Assembly (NCBI GenBank): GCA_040756435.1
Contig: JBFLZD010000011.1
Coordinates: 7,971-71,970, forward strand
Direction: 5' to 3'
Length of the DNA stretch: 64,000 nucleotides
Origin: Spirochaetota bacterium
GTDB taxonomy: Bacteria; Spirochaetota; UBA4802; UB4802
Shown: positions 51,068 through 58,980 of the stretch, one piece after another
Position numbering within the stretch: the first letter of the stretch is position 1
How the letters are laid out: every line of letters starts with the position of its first letter
Translations under genes and position numbers: made by a program
The notes under the pieces: generated by a model
What the model saw: only the letters and a program-made list of their open reading frames with translations
The model's database searches: none
What the model was told of the DNA's origin: nothing

Positions 51068-53260
51068 TTATTTCACCGCTTCAATAAATCCCTGTAAATC
51101 CACCACAAATCCAATGCTTCCATCACCAAAGATTGTTCCACCTGAAAAATATTGATAATCGTTGAGCATAGTCCCCAAACTTTTTACCACTATCTCCTGC
51201 TTCCCAATTATTGAATCAACCACCACACAGTATTTAAACTGATCAAACATAAATATGAGCGATAGTAATCGGTTATCCTGCCTTGGTGTATATACTTCTT
51301 TAAAGATATCATGGGCAAAAATAACCGGTATATGCATATCCCTGTGGTATAGTATTGCTTCGTTTGAATTTTCCTGCTTTTGAAGACTACCCGCATCAAA
51401 CACCAGAATTTCTTCCACCGAATTGAAGGGAAATACATATCTGTTCCCACCTACCACTGTAACAAATCCTTCTATAATTGCCAGCGTCAATGGAAGTTTA
51501 ATGACAAATTTTGTAAATTTTCCTGGTTCTGAATGAATTTCTACCCTGCCATGGATTTGTTCTAAACCTTTTTTGACTACATCAAGACCAACACCCCTCC
51601 CCGACACAGCAGTAACATTTGTGCTGGTTGAAAATCCCGGTAAAAACATAAAATTATATATATCCTTATCAGTTAGCTTTCCCACATCCTCTTTTTTTAT
51701 CAGTTGCATTGCTATTGCTTTATCAAGTATCTTTTTGGTATCTATTCCACGCCCATCATCCATAATTATAATCTCTATGCCACTCCCCTTATGCTCGGCT
51801 GATAATGTAATTCTACCCACTTTATCCTTCCCCACAGCATCACGTTCTGCAGGACTTTCAATGCCATGATCAATGGCATTGCGTATGATGTGCATCAATG
51901 GATCATATATTGTTTCTATCACATTGCGATCAAGTTCCGTTTCTTCACCGTGAACTTCAATAAACACTGTTTTTTGTAATTCCTGAGCCGTATTGCGTGC
52001 AACAACACGCAGTTTATTAAACACTTCCTCAATAGGAACCATTCCCATAGATAGCACAAGGTCCTTAATTGCTGATGTAATCATCTCAGCCTGGCTTAAT
52101 GTGCGCTCGGAAATATTTATGGCGCCGCGGTTTCTTTCAATTTCCTGCTTTAACATTGATTGATTTATAACAAGCTCACCAACATAATCAATTAAACTGT
52201 TTAACTTCTCATTTGATACTTTCACAAATCCAATCTTTTTAATCTTGCTCTTTAGTTTTTGCTGCTTCTGCAATGCAGCAAGCAAATCATCCTGTTCCAC
52301 AAGTCTTTCTTCGGTAACTATCTGTCCAAACTTTTTATCTGTTTCTTTTTGTTTTTCAAGGATTGAATTAAGTTGCAGCTGCGACAGCTTTCCCTCTTCC
52401 TGTAATATTTCACCAATCTTTTTATACTGATATTCCTGTAATATTTTCTTTAAAAGAGCAATAAACGGAAATACTTTAAGCGAAATGAATGACTTTTTAA
52501 TTTCACCAGCTTTAAACTCATAGCTTTGCATTATATCTAGGATATTACGTAACAACTCCATGCCATAAAAAATGACATCCACCAGTTCACGGGATAGAAG
52601 CATTTTGCCATCACGGATAGCAGCAAATATATCTTCAATTGCATGGCTAATATCTTCAATGTTTTTAATTCCCAAAAATGATGATGAGCCTTTAATAGTA
52701 TGGAAATTTCTAAATACTGTATTAATAAGTTCTTGATTACTGGAATCATGTTCAAGTTCAAGCAATACAAATTGCGCACTATCTAAGTGCTCTGTTGCTT
52801 CATGATAAAATTGTTGTAAAAGCTTCTGGTCATCCACAAGATGTGAAAAATCTTCCATTGAATAGAATGAAGCTTTTTCTACTTGTTGCAGTGTGTCTTT
52901 ATCTTCTTCCCCATCTTCTGCATTGGTTTGTGTATCTTTTTGTTCTTCTACAATTTTATCTAACTTAGAAACATTGCGTTTTATTTGTTTCAACAATTTC
53001 TTTTTTTCTTCTTCCCCGGCATCATTATATTTATCTATTGCATCCACTATTTTTTCCAATACCTGAATGCATTGCACCTGTATTAATGGTGTGTGGGCTA
53101 AGCTTTTAATTATATCAGGAAGAGTGTGTATAACTTCATAGAGTACATCATTACTATATTGATGCACTATACTAATACATTCCTCCTTTATTTCAGCCAA
53201 TGCTAGGGCATCTCCTTCTTCAAAATTAGATATTAAACTTTTTATATGATCTTTTATCAT
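51068..53260 (-). CDS. cheA: Chemotaxis histidine kinase CheA
   Basis: Hpt domain FRNFHTIKGSSSFLGIKNIEDISHAIEDIF, HATPase domain (GSGIEIIIMDDGRGID...GRGVGLDVV), and a C-terminal CheW-like domain. 730 aa. RBS gaggt. Confidence 0.9.
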   Translation of the reverse strand: MIKDHIKSLISNFEEGDALALAEIKEECISIVHQYSNDVLYEVIHTLPDIIKSLAHTPLIQVQCIQVLEKIVDAIDKYNDAGEEEKKKLLKQIKRNVSKLDKIVEEQKDTQTNAEDGEEDKDTLQQVEKASFYSMEDFSHLVDDQKLLQQFYHEATEHLDSAQFVLLELEHDSSNQELINTVFRNFHTIKGSSSFLGIKNIEDISHAIEDIFAAIRDGKMLLSRELVDVIFYGMELLRNILDIMQSYEFKAGEIKKSFISLKVFPFIALLKKILQEYQYKKIGEILQEEGKLSQLQLNSILEKQKETDKKFGQIVTEERLVEQDDLLAALQKQQKLKSKIKKIGFVKVSNEKLNSLIDYVGELVINQSMLKQEIERNRGAINISERTLSQAEMITSAIKDLVLSMGMVPIEEVFNKLRVVARNTAQELQKTVFIEVHGEETELDRNVIETIYDPLMHIIRNAIDHGIESPAERDAVGKDKVGRITLSAEHKGSGIEIIIMDDGRGIDTKKILDKAIAMQLIKKEDVGKLTDKDIYNFMFLPGFSTSTNVTAVSGRGVGLDVVKKGLEQIHGRVEIHSEPGKFTKFVIKLPLTLAIIEGFVTVVGGNRYVFPFNSVEEILVFDAGSLQKQENSNEAILYHRDMHIPVIFAHDIFKEVYTPRQDNRLLSLIFMFDQFKYCVVVDSIIGKQEIVVKSLGTMLNDYQYFSGGTIFGDGSIGFVVDLQGFIEAVK

Positions 53261-53603
53261 AATGGCAAACCTCAGTAGAGTTTTATATTATTTATTTCCA
53301 TTACGTTAACTCAATAAAAGTATTAAATCAAGTAAAAAAAATTTAGTAAATTTTAATTGCAAATTCAAGTATAAGTGCAACATAAAATAAAAAAGCATTT
53401 TTCTTTGGTTTTTTTTAATTTTTAAGCCTAAATAAAAGAAAGTGGATAGTGGTATAAAAACAATTTTTGACTTACTAAAATTATCATTTTGTGTGGAACA
53501 CTATATACCTTACTGTAAACCATCAATGTAATTAAATTCTGTATTCAATTGATTATTTCCTTTCGTTATAGTATATTTATTACCACATAATAAATATTAA
53601 TTA

Positions 53604-53626
53604 AGATTTGACAAATAAGTGCCGAT
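53604..53626 (+). promoter_or_regulatory. Candidate sigma-28-type promoter for flgM (TTAAG, 15 nt, GCCGATAG); it overlaps a TTGACA hexamer
   Basis: GCCGATAG at 53619-53626 is one mismatch from the GCCGATAA consensus. TTAA lies 15 nt upstream. It is about 30 nt before the flgM ATG. It also overlaps a copy of the iterated oligomer (cgatagttac). Confidence 0.3.
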
Positions 53627-53657
53627 AGTTACTATAGATTAAAAGAAGGTGATTACC

Positions 53658-53951
53658 ATGGTTATTGATAAAATAGGGAACATTAAGAATATTGTTGAAC
53701 CTAAAAACACCAAATCGGTTGGTAAAACCAGATCTACCGGGAAATCTGATTCGGTTGAAATTTCAAGCGAAGCCAAAAAGGCTGCTGAGCAATCTAAAAT
53801 TGCCCAGGTTATAAAGCAGACACCCGATATACGAGCTGAAAGAGTAAGGGAAATTAAAGAACAGATAGCTAATGGTACGTACGATTTCAATGATGACCGT
53901 ATAATAGATAAAGTTGCAGAAAAAATTGCTATGCAGCTTTTACGCAAATAA
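53658..53951 (+). CDS. flgM: Anti-sigma-28 factor FlgM
   Basis: 97 aa. Ser/Lys-rich N-terminus and the C-terminus DIRAERVREIKEQIANGTYDFNDDRIIDKVAEKI, the FlgM sigma-28-binding helices. RBS aagaaggtg. Confidence 0.7.
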   Translation: MVIDKIGNIKNIVEPKNTKSVGKTRSTGKSDSVEISSEAKKAAEQSKIAQVIKQTPDIRAERVREIKEQIANGTYDFNDDRIIDKVAEKIAMQLLRK

Positions 53952-53978
53952 ATAAACCCTTTTTAAAGGTTATTATAG

Positions 53979-55205
53979 ATGGCCGGCATAATTGACAAAA
54001 AGGCGGAATCAGGATTCCGCTTTTTTATGTCTAAAGCCTATGGACAAACCATGGAAGGCCTGTGGCCGGATCTGTATATCCCAACTGCGGTATATGCACA
54101 ACCTGATAGTGTAGCACTCCTTCCATCTATAATTAAGCTTTTTGGCTCCCGTATATTATTTATTACCAGTTCAATTGATTTTAACCAGTATAACCACCTT
54201 TTTATGCCCATTGCACGAAGCCTGCAAAACAATAACATACCGTTTATAGTATATGATGAAATTCCTGAAAACAATACTGATTATATTGATACTGCGGTGT
54301 ATTTTGCCCGTAAAACCCATTGCGACCTGGTTATAGGATTTGGCGGCATCAATTCAATCAATGCGGCAAAAGCAGTTGCGCTGTTAACTCCTAACTATTT
54401 CTTTGCACATGAACTTTTTAACTATCCTTTTTTACATGAACCAATACCATTTATCAGTATTCCCGTACATCCACTGTTTGGTTTTGATATAACTCCCTGC
54501 ACAATACTGACTGATATCCATGATGGTATCCATAAAACCTTTTTCCATAATTACATCTTTCCCAAAGCTGTTATCCTTGACCCCGGTATGTCATTTGGCA
54601 TTGATGAAGTAACATTAGCCAATTACAGCATGGCAACATTAGCTATTGCCACTGAATCGGTTATTTCAAGAAATATCAATAATATTACCAATACACTTTC
54701 TTTAAGAACTATAGACCTCATATTTAAAAATTTACCTGCTGCATTGCGCGAAAGTGACAATGAAACTGCGCGACTTAATATCATGATGTCATCACTTATG
54801 GCGGGCATTGCTTTCAGCAGTGCACAGCTTTCTGTGACATTAGCATTATCACTGGCACTTTCTTCATTGACACCAATTGATATTGCATCATTAATGGCTG
54901 TTATGCTACCACATATTATGGAATATAATTTAACTTCATCTCCTGGTAAATACGTACAGATGTCCAAAGTCATGGATGAGGATGTACGTGATATCACCGT
55001 TATTGAAGCTGCAATTAAAGCAGTGGAAGGTGTACGAAAATTAGCACTTGATGTTGATATTCCACAACGTCTATCGCAATTTGATATTAACAAAGGCATT
55101 TTTTCCAAAGTGGCCGAAATTACATTGACCTACCCATTCATTCACAATGCACCCCGTGCACTCAACCGCGACGAAGTTGAAACCATCCTTATTGCAGCCT
55201 ATTAG
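53979..55205 (+). CDS. Iron-containing alcohol dehydrogenase (Fe-ADH) fold protein with degenerate cofactor and metal sites
   Basis: The architecture follows Fe-ADH throughout: ...DLVIGFGGINSINAAKAVA, PFISIPVHPLFGFDITPCTILTD, PKAVILDPGM, and LPHIMEYN. The GGGSxxD motif and the four metal-ligand positions (D, H, H, H, as in FucO) read S, L, L, I. Its stop is 4 nt before larB. Confidence 0.6.
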   Translation: MAGIIDKKAESGFRFFMSKAYGQTMEGLWPDLYIPTAVYAQPDSVALLPSIIKLFGSRILFITSSIDFNQYNHLFMPIARSLQNNNIPFIVYDEIPENNTDYIDTAVYFARKTHCDLVIGFGGINSINAAKAVALLTPNYFFAHELFNYPFLHEPIPFISIPVHPLFGFDITPCTILTDIHDGIHKTFFHNYIFPKAVILDPGMSFGIDEVTLANYSMATLAIATESVISRNINNITNTLSLRTIDLIFKNLPAALRESDNETARLNIMMSSLMAGIAFSSAQLSVTLALSLALSSLTPIDIASLMAVMLPHIMEYNLTSSPGKYVQMSKVMDEDVRDITVIEAAIKAVEGVRKLALDVDIPQRLSQFDINKGIFSKVAEITLTYPFIHNAPRALNRDEVETILIAAY

Positions 55206-55208
55206 CCT

Positions 55209-55958
55209 ATGAGTCAGTCTTCACTTAACAATTTACTGCAACGGTTTAAAAATGGGCTTGTTTCTGATGAGGATTTTTTACAACAACTATCGCACATTAC
55301 AATAGAACAGTTAGGCCACACTACACTGGATCATCACCGTCACACACGGTTAGGTTTTCCTGAAGTCATTTTTTGCCAAAATAAAACTCCCCAACAGGTT
55401 GCCGACATTGCCAAGGCGTTAGCCAAACGTAAGACAAGTTTTTTAGGTACACGTGCCACCAGAGAGCACTACAACAAAGTTAAAAAGTATATTAAAAAGG
55501 CTCACTATAATGAAGCTGGTAAAATCATTTCTTACCGTGCACAAACGCTTCATCATAAACCACACAAACTTTTAATTATAACTGCTGGCACATCCGATAT
55601 TCCGGTTGCTGAAGAAGCAAAGGAAACCGCGCACATTATGGGGCTTACTGTTGAAACAATCTATGATATTGGGGTTGCAGGAATACATCGTGTATTTCAT
55701 AACTGGGGAAATATTTATGATGCCACAGTCATTATTGTTATAGCCGGTATGGAAGGTGCACTACCAAGCGTTATTGGGGGATTAGTGCCCTGCCCTGTTA
55801 TTGCAGTGCCAACTTCAGTTGGGTATGGTGCTTCATTTGGTGGTGTGGCAGCGCTACTTGGGATGCTCAACTCATGCGCACCGGGGATTAGCGTTGTTAA
55901 CATTGACAACGGCTTTGGCGCTGTATACTGTGCCTACCGTATTATTCGCAATTTGTAG
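55209..55958 (+). CDS. larB: Nickel-pincer cofactor biosynthesis protein LarB (PurE-like AIR-carboxylase family)
   Basis: 249 aa. The PurE-like core LLIITAGTSDIPVAEEAKETAHIMG...AGMEGALPSVIGGLVPCPVIAVPTSVGYG and an N-terminal extension typical of LarB. Confidence 0.8.
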   Translation: MSQSSLNNLLQRFKNGLVSDEDFLQQLSHITIEQLGHTTLDHHRHTRLGFPEVIFCQNKTPQQVADIAKALAKRKTSFLGTRATREHYNKVKKYIKKAHYNEAGKIISYRAQTLHHKPHKLLIITAGTSDIPVAEEAKETAHIMGLTVETIYDIGVAGIHRVFHNWGNIYDATVIIVIAGMEGALPSVIGGLVPCPVIAVPTSVGYGASFGGVAALLGMLNSCAPGISVVNIDNGFGAVYCAYRIIRNL

Positions 55959-55967
55959 GATAGTTAC

Positions 55968-57131
55968 ATGAAAATACTCTACTGTGATGTGCAATTAGGC
56001 GCTTCAGGTGATATGCTTGTTGGCGCATTTCTTGATATGGGGCTTCCTGTTAATGTCCTTACTACCCAGCTCCAATCATTATCAGTAAAAGGTTTTGCGA
56101 TAGTTCCTGAAAAAGTAAAGCGCTATGGTATACAGGGCACTCAGGCTGGTATTACCGCACGCATTGACACCACTAACCGTAATCTTGCGGCCATAAACGA
56201 TATTATTGCACACACGACGTGCTCTGACACCGTAAAAAAAAATGCAATGAAGGTTTTTGATACATTAGCCGCTGCTGAAGGCGCAGTACACGGCATTCCA
56301 AAGGAAGAGGTTCACTTTCATGAGGTTGGAGCCATTGATAGCATTGTAGATATACTTTCTTTTTGCATTGGCATTGAATATTTTGCAATTGATACACTGT
56401 ATTACAGCCCATTTGCGCTGGGCACAGGTACTATCAAAACGCACCATGGTACTTTGCCGTTACCTGCCCCGGCAACCGTTAAGCTTACCGTTGGCAAAAA
56501 GGTTATGTTTACCGGACTGGAAGGGGAACTTACTACACCAACGGCTGCTGCCATCCTAGTAACGCTTGGCACACAACTTTCACATTTTGGAGGTACTGTA
56601 GCAAATGTGGGTATTGGGTTTGGCACCCGTGATTATGGTTTTCCCAGTTATACCAGAGCTTTGCTTATTGATGATAACTCTTTTGAATATGAAGTTCTGA
56701 GTGTACTGGAATGCACCATTGACGACATGAATCCTGAAATATATCCCCATGTGGCTGAGTTACTGTTTGAGGCGGGTGCACGGGACGTGTATATGCAGCA
56801 GGTTATAGCAAAAAAAGGGCGTCCCGGGGTGGTTGTTTCGGTACTCTGCCCTCTAGATGTAGTTAATCAATGTACACAGATTCTTTTACGGCAAACAACC
56901 ACCCTGGGGGTCAGAGCATATACCGTCAACCGCTATTCGCTACCACGGGAGTTTGCAACCGTTACCCTGTACGGAGAAGAGATACATATAAAGCAAAGTT
57001 ACCGTTATCAGGAACTATCGCCAAAACCTGAATTTGAGGATTGTAAAAAAGTAGCAGTAAAAACAGGAAAACCTTTATATGTAATAATGGAAGAGGCTCT
57101 AAAGGAATACTACAAACAGAAGAAATTATAG
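55968..57131 (+). CDS. larC: Nickel insertion protein LarC (DUF111)
   Basis: MKILYCDVQLGASGDMLVGAFLDMG is the LarC/DUF111 N-terminal signature. 387 aa. Confidence 0.8.
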   Translation: MKILYCDVQLGASGDMLVGAFLDMGLPVNVLTTQLQSLSVKGFAIVPEKVKRYGIQGTQAGITARIDTTNRNLAAINDIIAHTTCSDTVKKNAMKVFDTLAAAEGAVHGIPKEEVHFHEVGAIDSIVDILSFCIGIEYFAIDTLYYSPFALGTGTIKTHHGTLPLPAPATVKLTVGKKVMFTGLEGELTTPTAAAILVTLGTQLSHFGGTVANVGIGFGTRDYGFPSYTRALLIDDNSFEYEVLSVLECTIDDMNPEIYPHVAELLFEAGARDVYMQQVIAKKGRPGVVVSVLCPLDVVNQCTQILLRQTTTLGVRAYTVNRYSLPREFATVTLYGEEIHIKQSYRYQELSPKPEFEDCKKVAVKTGKPLYVIMEEALKEYYKQKKL

Positions 57132-57590
57132 CTGCTTCAATTCCTCAGAAGAGAAAATCTGGTCAATATCAAGAATAATGACAAACTTGTTTTCAACCTT
57201 CCCAATACCAATGATAAATTTGCCCGATATACCTTTCACAATTGGCGGGGGCGGTTCAATATCTTTGTGTTCCAGTTTGATTACATGACTTACCTGGTCT
57301 ATTGCTAGCCCTATACGCTTGCCTTTTATATCAACAACTATTGCCCGTTTATTTTTTGCACCCTTTTCGGAAATACCAAAGCGCACACCTAAATCAATAA
57401 TTGGTATAACCTTGCCCCGTAAATCAATGACCCCCATAATATAATCCGCCGATTTTGGGAGTGGTGTAACTGCTGGCAGTTTAAGGATTTCCTGTACTTT
57501 TAAAATTTCAATGCCATATTCTTCCTTACCAATATTGAAGCATACTATCTGCATGCTGCTTAGTGCTGTATCTTTAGTCTGGGTTTTCAT
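57126..57590 (-). CDS. CheW-domain protein (second, standalone)
   Basis: QIVCFNIGKEEYGIEILKVQEI...GVIDLRGKVIPIIDLGVRFG is a CheW domain. 154 aa. Confidence 0.8.
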   Translation of the reverse strand: MKTQTKDTALSSMQIVCFNIGKEEYGIEILKVQEILKLPAVTPLPKSADYIMGVIDLRGKVIPIIDLGVRFGISEKGAKNKRAIVVDIKGKRIGLAIDQVSHVIKLEHKDIEPPPPIVKGISGKFIIGIGKVENKFVIILDIDQIFSSEELKQL

Positions 57591-57784
57591 ACTGAAATCC
57601 TTATTTCAAATTTACTATATTATCACAATAGTAGTAATAGTAATGCTATTTTTCAAGTTAAAATTTTTATTTTTTGGCGATAGTTACTGTTATAAAGACT
57701 TTATTTTCAGCAATAATTCCTTAAAAAATTTTTATAATGAATATAGTTACACCGGGGGTGTCCCAAAACAATTCGTGGAGTTCT

Positions 57785-57920
57785 CAATGACGCGGGTGCA
57801 AAGTCATTGCGAGCGTAGCGAAGCAATCTCAATGCCGCAGAAGACAAGATTGCTTCGTCACTTCGTTCCTCGCAATGACAGTATGGCAAAAGTTATTGCA
57901 GAAGATGTCTTTTGAGACAA
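57785..57920. repeat. Mosaic nested-hairpin repeat, copy 6 (short)
   Basis: gtcattgcgag-cgtag-cgaagcaatctc ... agattgcttcg-tcacttcgttc-ctcgcaatgac forms a nested inverted repeat with 11-bp outer arms. It ends gatgtcttttgagacaactc. Confidence 0.7.
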
Positions 57921-57980
57921 CTCCGGTGTATACTATTTTATATTTTATTCAAATTTCCACATTTAGGAATAATTAGTGCT

Positions 57981-58217
57981 TTATTTTATTAATTTTAAAT
58001 ATGATTGATGCAACTGGTCAATTGCTATCTTCCCTTCTTCTACATATCCTTTTAAATTGGCAGGAAGTAAACCGTTTTTAATATATATGTAGCCTGCAAA
58101 CATGATAAACAGCAAAGCAATAATTACAACAAGCTTTAATACCTGCTTTATGAGTATATAGATAAGAATAATAAAGCTAATGGCTGCTATTATTGTTAAT
58201 AATAATCCTGTATTCAT
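57981..58217 (-). CDS. Small two-TM membrane protein (hypothetical)
   Basis: 78 aa. Its start overlaps the stop of the upstream LapA-like gene by 4 nt. Confidence 0.4.
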   Translation of the reverse strand: MNTGLLLTIIAAISFIILIYILIKQVLKLVVIIALLFIMFAGYIYIKNGLLPANLKGYVEEGKIAIDQLHQSYLKLIK

Positions 58218-58444
58218 GATTTAGTATCCACTTTTATGGTACCTTTACGCTTTTTTCGGAATGCTAAAGAACTCACTATCATACCGGACACCAATCCAAT
58301 TATTAAAGTAGCAAAAAGCATTACAATAAATGGCAGGGTAATATTCCACGTAAGAATAGTTAATGAAACCGGTTGGGTATTTTGCAAAATTATTATCACA
58401 AACAAAAGAAGAATAATTGATATGCTTATTACTTTTGCGTGCAT
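58214..58444 (-). CDS. LapA-domain (DUF1049-like) small inner-membrane protein
   Basis: 76 aa with two TM helices and a basic C-terminal tail (RKKRKG). The topology and size fit the LPS-assembly LapA family. Confidence 0.45.
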   Translation of the reverse strand: MHAKVISISIILLLFVIIILQNTQPVSLTILTWNITLPFIVMLFATLIIGLVSGMIVSSLAFRKKRKGTIKVDTKS

Positions 58445-58980
58445 ATATTTTACCTTAAATATTAATAGTAGTGATTACCTAATTCTTAACGCACACAACA
58501 CATTATTGTATGGCATTTAAAAAGTTGTGTATATGTAGACAATAGCTTATCTTTCCATAAAGATAAAAATTAATAAGAGCATATTTGCTACTATTGTTAC
58601 AATTCAATATAGTAATATAGCAATAGTAAAATATGTCAAGCAAAGTATAGTAGTGATGTATATACGTAACACTTTACTTTTTTATTGCTAAGTATTGATA
58701 ATTTCTGTTTTTTAAACTGTAAATTTAACCATTAATTCTATGATAATAGAGATATTATACTCTTTGCAAACTTCCTTTAAAAATTTGGTATGATCAAGTA
58801 TAAAGGGGTATTACCTCTACGGGTTTATTGTTAATAGATACATACAATGTTAACAGTATCAAAACCTGATATAAATAATCAATTTTTTCATCCTAACTAC
58901 ACATAAACTTCATAAAATCTTTACACATTTATGCCATTTTACACGTGAAATTTCAAGATTGAGAAACGATAAGAGGAACA

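Noticed and set aside
53639-53947. 102-aa minus-strand ORF overlapping flgM
   Set aside because: It is the mirror of flgM on the opposite strand. flgM has the RBS and the conserved FlgM C-terminus.
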